From an uncultured Verrucomicrobiae bacterium (GTDB lineage Bacteria; Verrucomicrobiota; Verrucomicrobiia; Limisphaerales; Palsa-1400), in assembly GCA_963707025.1 (NCBI GenBank), contig CAVPOM010000015.1, positions 1 to 64,000 on the forward strand: a stretch of 64,000 bases of DNA, read 5' to 3'. The notes below the pieces were generated by a model, which was not told where the DNA came from, made no database searches, and saw only the letters and a program-made list of their open reading frames with translations. Shown in pieces: positions 11,797 to 21,397 of this stretch; position 1 is the first letter of the stretch; the number at the start of each line of letters is the position of its first letter. The translations under genes and the position numbers were made by a program.

Positions 11797-12840
11797 TCAT
11801 TTGGCCGGGGCGGCGTCGGTTGCGGCGCGACGCTGCTGCAACTGTTGGCGCAGGAAGTTGTCCTCCGGCGAGTCAAGCCAGGCGGTCAACCAGAGGTCGC
11901 CGAGCATTTGGCCGGCTTTAACCAGTTGATCATCCAGAAAAGGCCGGGCCAATCCTTGTTCGCCATCGCCGGAAAGTTTGCCATCCTTTTCGAGTTGGTA
12001 AAGAGGTTCGACCAGGTTGTTCTGCTCCACCAGCCAAGCCACCACCGCGCGAAACAGGGTGTCGTCCTTGCCGCCTGGCGCGCCGACCCGCCGGGCAGGC
12101 TGAATTTTGCCCGCGAGGTTCTCCAGTTTAGGCTCGCCGGTTTTGCGAAAGTAACCGCCGTCAATCCAGGAATGAAAGGTGTGATTGACAGTGTAACCGC
12201 GCGGGTTGTCTCCAACCCAGCCATTGAAATGAATGGTGGTGTGGAGGGGCTGGGAGCCGTCGCCGACGAAGTGTCCCATCACACCCATGACGTAGATGAC
12301 GTCGGCCTGGGCGTTGGCGATTTCGGCTGGGGTGCCGCCCGCCCGCTCGAAGGTTTTCAAGTAACTGAAGCAGGATTCCAATTTGTCCGCGTATTCAACG
12401 ATGGTCCACGGCAGGAAGCCGGTCAATTCGCGGGTTTGGTCGCGATCGGTCTCCGGGTCAATGGGGTTGAATCGTTCGGGATGGGCGGCGCGGGCCTGGG
12501 AGAACAGGCTGGCAAAGGAATAGCGCAGGGGCGGCAGTTGGGCCGGGGTCAAGTCGCAGAGTTTCAACTCCTCCAAATCAATGTAGTGATCGGGGCCGTT
12601 GGCATGGCGAAGGGAGAGGCCGGCGTTGTTGCGCCAGCGGTCGGGTTCGCCGGAGAGAAAGGCGATGCGTTCGCGCTGGGCCGGAGCGAGGACGAAGGCT
12701 GGAAAGTTGGAGGGCAGCGAAGCCAGGGCCAACTGATTGATGACAAAGTGGCCGTTGTAATCCCAGGCGCCAGCGCTGGCGGCGCTTAACACAACCAGCG
12801 CGCACCAAGCCCGAAAAGGGGCAAAGAATTTATTTTTCAC
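11797..12840 (-). CDS. Secreted S1/P1 nuclease / Zn-dependent phospholipase C superfamily protein
   Basis: Signal peptide ending AGA then W-x-x-x-GH; PDRWR; HFVGDGSQPLH; FHSWID. Confidence 0.75.
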   Translation of the reverse strand: MKNKFFAPFRAWCALVVLSAASAGAWDYNGHFVINQLALASLPSNFPAFVLAPAQRERIAFLSGEPDRWRNNAGLSLRHANGPDHYIDLEELKLCDLTPAQLPPLRYSFASLFSQARAAHPERFNPIDPETDRDQTRELTGFLPWTIVEYADKLESCFSYLKTFERAGGTPAEIANAQADVIYVMGVMGHFVGDGSQPLHTTIHFNGWVGDNPRGYTVNHTFHSWIDGGYFRKTGEPKLENLAGKIQPARRVGAPGGKDDTLFRAVVAWLVEQNNLVEPLYQLEKDGKLSGDGEQGLARPFLDDQLVKAGQMLGDLWLTAWLDSPEDNFLRQQLQQRRAATDAAPAK

Positions 12841-12901
12841 GGCAGGGCGGGGTGAGGTTCTGTGGCGTTTGCAAGAGGTGAATTTATTTTCCCGCGAGGC
12901 C

Positions 12902-13771
12902 TTATTGGCCGATAAAAGCGCGATGGGCGGGATTCCATATTACGTCCGGCACGGGTGGCTCGATTTTGGCTTCAAAAAGAACGGTGGATTCGTTGGTGAG
13001 GTAGTGGTCCTTGAAGTACTGGGAATGGCCGTCGGTGAAGACGAGGACCGCGCCGAAGTTGTGGCGCGAGGCCAGGGTTTTAAACCGGATTCCGGGCAGG
13101 GTGGAATTATACTGAGGGCTTCCATTGTCAACTTCTGTAACCGGATTAAACGCGCAATCAAACATCAGGACGACCGCGGAAGGCTTTGACAGGTCGCCGA
13201 TTTTTCCCATCGTCGGATAGCGATATTCGGCCCCAAGGTCGGTAGCCGAGGTGGCGGTGCCGGGAATTTTATTCAAGTCCAGATTTTGCGCGTAGCTAAA
13301 GAAACCGTACACACCCTGGCCGACCACATTGTTCTGCGCTTGCGCGGCCGTCATTTGGGCGCTTGGACAATTCCAGATTTTGCTGCCATTGCCGCCGGGG
13401 AAGGGCATTTTTTTGTAAGGGATGCCGCCGGGCAAGTTGTAATAGTAAGAGAGGGGATGCTCGCCGATGTAAGGCGGAAGGACGTTGAACCAGGCGGAAG
13501 GATCCAGCGGCATGCCATAGGGGGGATCGCCGCCGTCATAATCGCCGTCCGGGCCCATGCCGTCGGTGGGAAGGAAATCCTTGTAGTCATTGACATACAA
13601 CTGCTCGGCAATGCCCCATTGTTTCATGTTGGAAATACAGTTTGCCTGAATGGCCTGTTGTTTGGCCTTGGCCAGGGTCGGCAGGAGCAGGCTGGCCAGA
13701 ATGGCAATAATGGCAATGACCACCAAAAGTTCTATCAAGGTGAAGGCGCGGGATTTCATTTTTGCACTCAT
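12902..13771 (-). CDS. Prepilin-type N-terminal cleavage protein with C-terminal H-X9-DG motif
   Basis: RAFTLIELLVVIAIIAILASLLLP N-terminus; CISNMKQ; H-NFGAVLVFT-DGH. Confidence 0.92.
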   Translation of the reverse strand: MSAKMKSRAFTLIELLVVIAIIAILASLLLPTLAKAKQQAIQANCISNMKQWGIAEQLYVNDYKDFLPTDGMGPDGDYDGGDPPYGMPLDPSAWFNVLPPYIGEHPLSYYYNLPGGIPYKKMPFPGGNGSKIWNCPSAQMTAAQAQNNVVGQGVYGFFSYAQNLDLNKIPGTATSATDLGAEYRYPTMGKIGDLSKPSAVVLMFDCAFNPVTEVDNGSPQYNSTLPGIRFKTLASRHNFGAVLVFTDGHSQYFKDHYLTNESTVLFEAKIEPPVPDVIWNPAHRAFIGQ

Positions 13772-13779
13772 CGGTAAAG

Positions 13780-13809
13780 CGCGTCCCGGGCAAGGCGGCC
13801 CGGGACGCG
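13780..13809 (-). terminator. 12-bp perfect GC hairpin between the exoprotein and prepilin genes (weak terminator or mRNA stabiliser)
   Basis: CGCGTCCCGGGC-AAGGCG-GCCCGGGACGCG, followed on the minus strand by only a short CTTT. Confidence 0.5.
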
Positions 13810-13843
13810 GGTGGATGGTTAAAAGTTTTGTTGCAAGGTCCGC

Positions 13844-16800
13844 CTAGGGCGTGGTGATCTGATAAAACCGGGCCGAGTTGGTGCGGTGGATGTCGGTGAA
13901 CGCGCCCAGGGAGTTGGTGAAGGTGAGACCGGAGGCCAAACTCTGCCAAGGCCCGGCGACATTGGTGGAATATAGGATGCTGTAGGAATAATTGTAGGGA
14001 ACTGACGTCCAGGTCAGCGTCAGGTTGGTTTGCCCGGTTCCTGACAAGGCGGCCGCCGCGGTGACGGCCGGAGGTGGGGCGCTGACAATTTGGGAGTAGC
14101 TGGTCAGCTCAATTTCGTAAGCCGTGGTCGAGGCTTGAAACAAGGGGCCGGTGACGCTGTAGGCGAAGGCCGGGATGGGTTGCCCGACCAGGCTTTGCCC
14201 CGGGGAGCTGGTGTCAGTAATTTGAGCGCTCAGAACCAACGGGTAGGAAACCCCGGCCCCGTTGGGCTGGCTGAAGATACGATAGGTGACTCCGGCGGCA
14301 AAGTTTCCGGTGTTGGTGAAGTAAACGTTGGTCAGCATGATGATCGAACCTTCGATGTTGGTGACGGTAAACGGCTGGTTGACGGTCTCATAGCCCCACG
14401 GGAAAACCATGGGTGCGGGCAAGGCATTGGTCATGGCGCTGCCGTCGCCGTTGGTCAAGACGCCATAAATCTGCTGGGGATTGCTGCCATCCACGTCAAT
14501 TTCCAGGTTGTCACCGAAACTGGAGGCCACGCCGGTGGCGGTGACGACATCGCCCAGATTGGGGCGGAATAAGGAGCCAAAAGTGACGAAAAGGTTGATG
14601 CCGCCGGTGCTGTCTTGCAGGTAATAGGAGGCGGTATTGCCGCTGGTGAGATTGGTTCTGGTGGTGATGGTGCCGGTGACGTTATAGAGGGTCTTCCCAT
14701 CAGACACGGCAAAGGTGGCAGGGCTTATCAAGCTGCGGAGGAAGCTGATGCTGACGGAGGCGGGAGGGACGACGGTCAACTGGGCGGGCAGGCTTGGGGT
14801 GGTGCCGGCGCCGCCGGTGACGGTTACGACATAGCCGCCGGTGGCATTGGCGCCAAGGCCGGCCAGGGTGAGAACGGCGGTTTGGGAGCCGCTGATGGTG
14901 GTCCCGGCGGCGGTTCCATCGGACAACGGAGTATAGGTGGTGCCATTGTAGTAGGACCAACTATAGGAGAGCGGACCGGTGCCGGTGGCGGTTGCGATGA
15001 AGGTGGCGCTGCTACCCACCGCGACGGACAGGCTCGTGGGCAGGACGCTGACAATCGGGGCCGTCGGGGTAGTATCCACCGAGACAATGGTCGGCAAACT
15101 TACCGCCGGGGTGACCGAATTCTGAACCGTGACCGTGTAAGTCCCGGCGCTGCCGGCGCCGAGGTTGGCCAGGGTCAGGGTGGGGGTGGCTGATCCAAAG
15201 ATGGTGACGCCGTCATCGGAGAGGGGGGCATCGTTCAAAGCCCATGAATAGGTGAGGCCGACGCCGGAAGCGGCGACTTCCATCGTCCAGTTGTTGCCGG
15301 AATAATTGGTGGTTCCAACCGGCTGCAGGCCGATGACCGGAAGGGCCGGGAGGTTGGTAGCTACCACGGTGAAACCGGAATTCACGCCGGCGTAATCCAG
15401 GGAAACGAGCAGGTTGTCCAGAGTCATGATGCCTTCGCCCTGGCGCTGGCGGAAATTGAAGTTGGCCAGAGGAAGGGCAGTGGAGCCGGTGTCGGTGGTG
15501 TAACCGGAACTAACGTCGGCAGTCGAGGCGGGGTTGACCCACAACTGGCCGTAGGCATTGGCGTCGTCATAAGTATAGACCACCTGATAGTCAATGCCGG
15601 GCGCCATATCCAGAGGCATCACCTTGCTTGGGCCGCCGGTGTGCGCGGAAACGGAGAAGTCGTTGGCCTCATTGGCAATGCCCAGGCGATAGGTCCCCGG
15701 GAAGGCGTTTGCGGTCAGTGCGAAAATGCGGCCGACAAAGCCGAAGTTGGTGTCGGCCAGGTTGGCAAAATAGACGCCGCCGGCGTTGGTGGGCAGAGTG
15801 GTGAGGTTGATGGTGAAGGAGACCCACATGACCTGACCGCTTTGCGGAGCGCTTAACGGGCGGATGATGTCCGTGGTGGCATTGGTTTGAGAGATTTGGA
15901 CGCGGTTGTTGATGACCAGTTCAGGGTTGGAGCCGTTGATATCCGTCCAGGGACCATTGGTGACAAGATTACCATTTGGATAATCGAATCCATCCCAGAG
16001 CAGCACGGGGGTGAATGCCACCACCGTGCCGGCGCTGGTGATGGAATTGCCGCTGCCATTGGAAACGGTCACGGTGTAGGAGGCCTGGGTGGTGGAACTG
16101 CTGGTCGGGACTAAGTACGAACTCGAGTTTGCGCCGGAGATGGCAACATTGTTGGAATACCATTGATAGGTCAAGGTGCCGGAACCGGTGGCCGTGACTG
16201 AAAGAGTGGGTCCGGTTGCGCCGGGAAGATTGGTCGCTCCGAGAGGACCGACTTCGATGGCCGGATCAATCACTTGCAGGATTACGCCGGGAAGCGCGCT
16301 GGAGCCGTTGCCAAGACCGTTTGTCACCAGGACCACATAGCTGCCATCGTTGGCGGCCAGGGCATTGCTGATGGTCAGAGTGGCCGTGGCGGACCCGTAG
16401 ATGTTGCCGCCGTCGGAGAGAGCGACGCCACTTTGCGTCCAGCCGTAAGCCAAGGTGGGCGCGCCCACGACGGAGGCGTTAAAGGTGGCGGTCGCGCCGG
16501 CATTGATGGTTTGGCTGGCTGGAGTCACCACGATGTTGGCCGGAGGTCCGGGCGGGTCCACCGTCAAGGTGACGGGGACGCTTTGGGCGCTGCCCACGCT
16601 GTTGGAAACGACCACATAGATTTGCGATCCGCTTTGGCTGGTGTTCGGATTGAGGAGGTCGAGGTTGGAGCTGGTGGCGAGAGGGATGGCCACACTGTTG
16701 GAAAACCATTGATAAGTGTAAGGAGGCGTGCCGGTGACGCCGACGGAAAAGCTGGCGGTTTCGCCGGCGTCCACTTCGACCGGCGAGGGCGGCGTGGAGA

Positions 16801-17929
16801 CGACCGGATAGGCGGCCGGGACAAAGCGCACGCCACGGTAAATGGTGCCGGCGGGCGCTGTGGCAAGAAGGGTGGCAGTGGAAGAAGGGCCGTTGTCCAC
16901 GATCTGGATGAGGCGGTCGCCCACCCCTTCGCCTGTCGTCGCATAAATGACGGGCGGGTTTTGCGTGAAGTCGGCGGTGACGGCTTCGGCGTTGGTGTCC
17001 GCCGCCGGAGCTCCCGGGGTGAGGGCGGAGATTGTGTAGTTGGAAACCCAGAGGGCGCCGGGCAAGCCGGTGCTGGTGAAATTGATAATTCCGCCCAGAT
17101 TGTCCTCCGCCACATAGGCCAGTGTGCCCGAGGGGTTGATGACAAAGTCATACGGCCCGCTGGTGGAACCGGTTTGCATGATGTTGGTGTTATTGGCTGT
17201 CGAGCCGGTGGTGGTGGGGATGCCGCCGGAAAGGCTGTTTGAAACCATATAGATGCCGCGTCCAAACAAGCCGGAACCGGAGCCGGTGGACAGGTAGAGG
17301 TTGCCATTGTAGATGTTAAGACAGCGCTCGTTCCCGGTTCCCGTTTCTGTCACCGTGAGATTGGTTTCGAGGGACGAATTTCCCACATAGATGATGCCAA
17401 TTTCTCCATTGGCAATGGTGGCGCCCGTCCCGCCGCTGCCAGAGACAAAGAAGTTGCCGGAAGCGTCCTCCACCGCGCCACGAATGTTAAAAGTGCTGTA
17501 GATATGGCTGTTGGTGATGGGCAGGGCGAAGTTTCCGTAACCGTCAATGGTTGCCACGGCCCGGAAGACATTGGTGGAGGTGAAGCCCGTCAGCGAACTG
17601 GTTTGGATATTGGTGTTGTATCCGCCCAGCACCAAATACCCGCCGTTGGCGGAGAGCGACATGAAGCCTTCGGTGGCGGAATTGTCCAGAATAAAGGCGT
17701 TGGCGCCGGTGCTGGGCAGGGACAGAGGAGTGCCGACCTGCACCCCGGCAGTGGTGAACTGGACGATGCTGACCGGTTCGCCATCCCCGCCCGGCTGGGT
17801 GGCGGTGCCCATCTGCACGACGGCAAGATTGCCCTGGTTGAAGTACTGGGCCTGGGCCGCCGAAAGCGAGGCGATCAGGGCCATCGTTGGAAGTAGAAGT
17901 TGTTTCATAGCGATTTTGTCTGGTTTCAT
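13844..17929 (-). CDS. Large secreted protein: propeller-like N-terminal region, Ig domains, OB-fold-like domain, C-terminal RFY domain
   Basis: Signal peptide (AAQA-Q); Ig repeats (PYTYQW, LTYQW, AGTYTV); YYLQDSTGGINLF...GDVVTATG...LEI resembles the OB folds of extracellular nucleases. Start may be MKQLL. Confidence 0.8.
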   Translation of the reverse strand: MKPDKIAMKQLLLPTMALIASLSAAQAQYFNQGNLAVVQMGTATQPGGDGEPVSIVQFTTAGVQVGTPLSLPSTGANAFILDNSATEGFMSLSANGGYLVLGGYNTNIQTSSLTGFTSTNVFRAVATIDGYGNFALPITNSHIYSTFNIRGAVEDASGNFFVSGSGGTGATIANGEIGIIYVGNSSLETNLTVTETGTGNERCLNIYNGNLYLSTGSGSGLFGRGIYMVSNSLSGGIPTTTGSTANNTNIMQTGSTSGPYDFVINPSGTLAYVAEDNLGGIINFTSTGLPGALWVSNYTISALTPGAPAADTNAEAVTADFTQNPPVIYATTGEGVGDRLIQIVDNGPSSTATLLATAPAGTIYRGVRFVPAAYPVVSTPPSPVEVDAGETASFSVGVTGTPPYTYQWFSNSVAIPLATSSNLDLLNPNTSQSGSQIYVVVSNSVGSAQSVPVTLTVDPPGPPANIVVTPASQTINAGATATFNASVVGAPTLAYGWTQSGVALSDGGNIYGSATATLTISNALAANDGSYVVLVTNGLGNGSSALPGVILQVIDPAIEVGPLGATNLPGATGPTLSVTATGSGTLTYQWYSNNVAISGANSSSYLVPTSSSTTQASYTVTVSNGSGNSITSAGTVVAFTPVLLWDGFDYPNGNLVTNGPWTDINGSNPELVINNRVQISQTNATTDIIRPLSAPQSGQVMWVSFTINLTTLPTNAGGVYFANLADTNFGFVGRIFALTANAFPGTYRLGIANEANDFSVSAHTGGPSKVMPLDMAPGIDYQVVYTYDDANAYGQLWVNPASTADVSSGYTTDTGSTALPLANFNFRQRQGEGIMTLDNLLVSLDYAGVNSGFTVVATNLPALPVIGLQPVGTTNYSGNNWTMEVAASGVGLTYSWALNDAPLSDDGVTIFGSATPTLTLANLGAGSAGTYTVTVQNSVTPAVSLPTIVSVDTTPTAPIVSVLPTSLSVAVGSSATFIATATGTGPLSYSWSYYNGTTYTPLSDGTAAGTTISGSQTAVLTLAGLGANATGGYVVTVTGGAGTTPSLPAQLTVVPPASVSISFLRSLISPATFAVSDGKTLYNVTGTITTRTNLTSGNTASYYLQDSTGGINLFVTFGSLFRPNLGDVVTATGVASSFGDNLEIDVDGSNPQQIYGVLTNGDGSAMTNALPAPMVFPWGYETVNQPFTVTNIEGSIIMLTNVYFTNTGNFAAGVTYRIFSQPNGAGVSYPLVLSAQITDTSSPGQSLVGQPIPAFAYSVTGPLFQASTTAYEIELTSYSQIVSAPPPAVTAAAALSGTGQTNLTLTWTSVPYNYSYSILYSTNVAGPWQSLASGLTFTNSLGAFTDIHRTNSARFYQITTP

Positions 17930-18036
17930 GGACGATCATCCAAGTTCAATGAGTCCTTACCCCGTGTCAGTCAACGACACCGGCTCACAATGCGAACGAT
18001 GCTACGCGCCCTTTTTTACGATCAGGTGGAGCTATA

Positions 18037-18098
18037 GTTACGTTTCGGCCAAGACTGGATGACAAAAAGGTTGCGCCGACGTTACAGACCCGTGACAA
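18037..18098 (-). promoter_or_regulatory. Pho-box-like array of 11-bp-phased direct repeats
   Basis: Minus strand TTGTCAC-gggt-CTGTAAC-gtcg-GCGCAAC-cttt-TTGTCAT, then ACGTAAC 22 bp further; cores at 18092, 18081, 18070, 18059 and 18037. Confidence 0.6.
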
Positions 18099-18176
18099 CG
18101 AGGAGGGGCAACAGAAACCGGAGATTCGGAGCAGGCGCAGGATTAGGACGCGCCGCTCCGGGGGCTTGCGGCGGAA

Positions 18177-20276
18177 TCAGGCCTGTTCGGGGCAGGGGAC
18201 GATGCCGGCGTTTTGGATTTCAACGCGGGGGGGGATTTCGGCGTAGGAAAGGACGGTCAACTCGGAAAAGGCGGTCTCGAAAAAGCGGCGGAAGCCCAGG
18301 CGGATCTGTGGGGCGCACATGACGACCGGGGGCAGGCCGGCTGTCAATAATTGCTGGATGCGCTGGGACAGGGAATCCATGACGTGGCGGGCCAGCTTGG
18401 GTTCGAGGGTGAGGCTGATTTCGGTGGGGGTTTGGCGCAGGCACTGGGCCATTTGCTGTTCCAGGCGGGGATCCAGCGTGATGGCCTGCAAACCGCCTTT
18501 GTCGCCCTGGAATGGCTTGACGATCTGGGAGCCGAGGGCGCGGCGGGCGTGCTCGGACAATTCGTCGGGGTTCTTGGTGACGCTGGCGTAATCGCTGACT
18601 TTTTCCAGGATGCCGGCCAGATTGCGGATGGAGACGCCCTCGGCCAGGAGGTTTTGCAAAATGCGCTGGACCTGGCCGACGTTCAACTGGGCGGGAATCA
18701 ATTCGGAAACGACGGTGGCATGGGTTTGCTTGAGGTTGTCGAGCAGGGTTTGCACGTCCTGCCGGCTGAGGATTTCCTGGCAGTTGCGCTTGACGGTTTC
18801 GGAAAGATGGGTCACCAGGACGGAGGCGGCATCCACCACGGTGTAGCCGCTGACTTCGGCGTTTTTGCGTTCCGCCTCGGCGATCCAGGTGGCGGGGAGC
18901 TTGAAGACCGGCTCGACGGTGGGCAGGCCCTTCAAAACGGTCTTGCTGTTGGAGGCGTTCATGGCCAGCCAATGGCCCGGCATCAACTCGCCCTGCACGA
19001 TGGGATTGCCCTTCAAGAGAAAGCGGTATTGGTTGGCTTCCAGTTGCAAATTGTCGCGCAGGCGGATGGGTGGGATGATGACGCCCATTTCCTGGGCGAA
19101 GGTTTTGCGCACACCGGTGACGCGTTCGAGCAGATCGCCGCCCTTGCGGGTGTCGGCCAGGCTGACCAGGCCGAAGCCCAGTTCGATTTGCAGGGCATCC
19201 ACCGAGAGGAGATTCTCCAGTTTGTCGCCGGCGCTGGCGGCGGCGGCGGTCTTGGCGGCCGAGGCGCCGGAGGTTTCGGCGCCGGTTTCGCCGGACTTGA
19301 GGAAATGTTCCTGGCCATGCAATTGATAAGCGAGCGTGCCCGCGATGATGGCCAGGCTCAGGAAGGGCAGCATGGGCAGCCCCGGCACGACGGAGAAAAT
19401 GACCATCATCACCGTCAAAATGATCAGCACCTTGGGAAAGGCGAGCAATTGCCGGGTCAGTTCCTTGCCCAGTTCCTCCTTGGCGGCGGCGCGGGTGACC
19501 AGGATGCCGGCGGCGGTGGAGGTGATGAGGGCGGGGATTTGCGAGACCAGGCCGTCGCCGATGGAGAGCAGGGTAAACCGCTGCAGGGCCTCGTTGACCG
19601 TCATGCCCTTTTGCATGATGCCGATGGCAAAACCGCCGAGGATATTGATGAGCGTGATCAAAATGGCGGCGATGGCGTCGCCCCGCACAAACTTGCTCGC
19701 CCCGTCCATGGCCCCGTAAAAATCGGCTTCCTGCTCGACCTTGCGCCGGCGCTGGCGGGCCTCGGTTTCGTTGATGATGCCGGCGTTAAGTTCGGCGTCA
19801 ATGGCCATCTGCTTGCCCGGCATGGCGTCCAGGGTGAAACGGGCGGCCACTTCCGCGATGCGGCCGGCGCCCTTGGTGATGACGATAAAATTGATCAGGA
19901 CCAGAATCAGAAAAATGACCAGGCCGACCACATAATTGCCGCGCACGACAAAATTGCCGAAGGCCTCGATGATGTGGCCGGCATAACCGTTGAGCAGAAT
20001 GAGGCGGGTGGAGGCGACGTTGAGGGAAAGACGATATAAGGTGATAAAGAGCAGCAAGGTGGGAAAGCCGGTGAAGTCGGCCGGCTCCTTGACGTAAAGG
20101 ATGGAAAGGAGGATGAGCAGGGACAGGGCGATGCTGACGGCCAAAAACAGGTCCAGGAAGAAGGGGCGGATCGGCAGGATCATCAACAGGACGGTCCCGA
20201 ACAACCCCATGACCAGGAGGACGTCGCCCTGCCTGAACAGGAGGGCCAGATTGGATTTGGACTTGGCTTGCGGCAT
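18177..20276 (-). CDS. flhA: Flagellar export gate protein FlhA
   Basis: RIAEVAARFTLDAMPGKQMAIDAEL, FYGAMDGASKFVRGDA, IGDGLVSQIPAL. Confidence 0.97.
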   Translation of the reverse strand: MPQAKSKSNLALLFRQGDVLLVMGLFGTVLLMILPIRPFFLDLFLAVSIALSLLILLSILYVKEPADFTGFPTLLLFITLYRLSLNVASTRLILLNGYAGHIIEAFGNFVVRGNYVVGLVIFLILVLINFIVITKGAGRIAEVAARFTLDAMPGKQMAIDAELNAGIINETEARQRRRKVEQEADFYGAMDGASKFVRGDAIAAILITLINILGGFAIGIMQKGMTVNEALQRFTLLSIGDGLVSQIPALITSTAAGILVTRAAAKEELGKELTRQLLAFPKVLIILTVMMVIFSVVPGLPMLPFLSLAIIAGTLAYQLHGQEHFLKSGETGAETSGASAAKTAAAASAGDKLENLLSVDALQIELGFGLVSLADTRKGGDLLERVTGVRKTFAQEMGVIIPPIRLRDNLQLEANQYRFLLKGNPIVQGELMPGHWLAMNASNSKTVLKGLPTVEPVFKLPATWIAEAERKNAEVSGYTVVDAASVLVTHLSETVKRNCQEILSRQDVQTLLDNLKQTHATVVSELIPAQLNVGQVQRILQNLLAEGVSIRNLAGILEKVSDYASVTKNPDELSEHARRALGSQIVKPFQGDKGGLQAITLDPRLEQQMAQCLRQTPTEISLTLEPKLARHVMDSLSQRIQQLLTAGLPPVVMCAPQIRLGFRRFFETAFSELTVLSYAEIPPRVEIQNAGIVPCPEQA

Positions 20277-20293
20277 GACGTTGACTTAAAATG

Positions 20294-21382
20294 CTATAAG
20301 GTTTGGCATCGTTCGCGATAGTAGCGATAGGCGTTGACGCGATAGACCCACGCCAACACTTCGGCCACCGCGGCATAGAACTGAGCAGGAATCTCGCCAC
20401 CCACGCGCCCATATTTGAACATCAGGCGAGCCAGGGGCTTGTTTTCGATGATGGGGACCTGGTGTTGCCGGGCGATTTCCCGGATGCGCAGGGCGTTGAG
20501 ACGGCTGCCTTTGGCGACAATGATGGGAGCTTTCATGGTGTTTTTATCGTAACGAAGGGCGACGGCGAGATGGGTTGGGTTCGTCACAACTACGTCAGCC
20601 TTAGGCACTTCCGCAAGCATCCTGCGCTTGGTCAGGGCCTGGCGGCGGCGGCGCTGTTGGGCCTTGATGAGTGGGTTGCCCTCGGTGTGTTTGGTTTCAT
20701 CCTTGACCTCCTGCCGGGTCATTTTGAGTTCCTGGCCGGTATGCCAGAATTGATAGCCATAATCCACCGCCGCCAAAACCAGGAGGGCCACCGCGGCCTG
20801 CAGGACAATGCGAAAGGAAGAATCTGCCATGAACCCGGCAATCCTTGCCAGATTCACGGCGGAGTGAAAAATAGGGTCCTCCAGCACCTGTTTGGTGACG
20901 TTAAAACAAAGCGCGATGACCACGGTAAGCTTGACAATCCCGATGCCGGTGTTGACGGCGGCGGTGCGGGAGAAAAGCCGCTTGAAACCTTGCAGCGGAC
21001 TGAGTCTCTCCCAATCTATCCCCAGCACATCGGAGGTGGCGCGAAAGCGGGTCTGGATGCCGCCGGCCAGCAAGCCGCCGAGCATGGTGGCCGCCAGGAC
21101 CGGCCAGACACATTGACCCAACAAGAGGGCGGCGGTGATGGCGTAACCCTGCATGGCATTCAGGCTCAGCGGGGTGTCGTGCAAATGGCTGAAGGAGGCA
21201 ACCAGGGACCGGCCCATCAGCCGCCAGGTTTCCGCGCCGGTGAACTTCAAGGCCAGCAGGCCGGCCATCAGGACAAAGACGGTCTGCACCTCCCTGCTGC
21301 GGGCGATGCGGCCTTTCTTGAGCGCCTCCTCCAAATGCCTGGGGGTCGGTTGCTCGGTCTTTTCGCCGGTCTGTTCGTTCAT
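20294..21382 (-). CDS. flhB: Flagellar export protein FlhB
   Basis: EKTEQPT N-terminus; NPTH autocleavage motif; ENKPLAR. Confidence 0.96.
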   Translation of the reverse strand: MNEQTGEKTEQPTPRHLEEALKKGRIARSREVQTVFVLMAGLLALKFTGAETWRLMGRSLVASFSHLHDTPLSLNAMQGYAITAALLLGQCVWPVLAATMLGGLLAGGIQTRFRATSDVLGIDWERLSPLQGFKRLFSRTAAVNTGIGIVKLTVVIALCFNVTKQVLEDPIFHSAVNLARIAGFMADSSFRIVLQAAVALLVLAAVDYGYQFWHTGQELKMTRQEVKDETKHTEGNPLIKAQQRRRRQALTKRRMLAEVPKADVVVTNPTHLAVALRYDKNTMKAPIIVAKGSRLNALRIREIARQHQVPIIENKPLARLMFKYGRVGGEIPAQFYAAVAEVLAWVYRVNAYRYYRERCQTL

Positions 21383-21397
21383 AGGCAGGGGGGCGCG

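Noticed and set aside
11797..17929. Exoprotein, pseudopilin and nuclease as substrates of the flagellar export apparatus
   Set aside because: They carry Sec or prepilin leader peptides and appear to have their own regulatory region, so adjacency alone is insufficient
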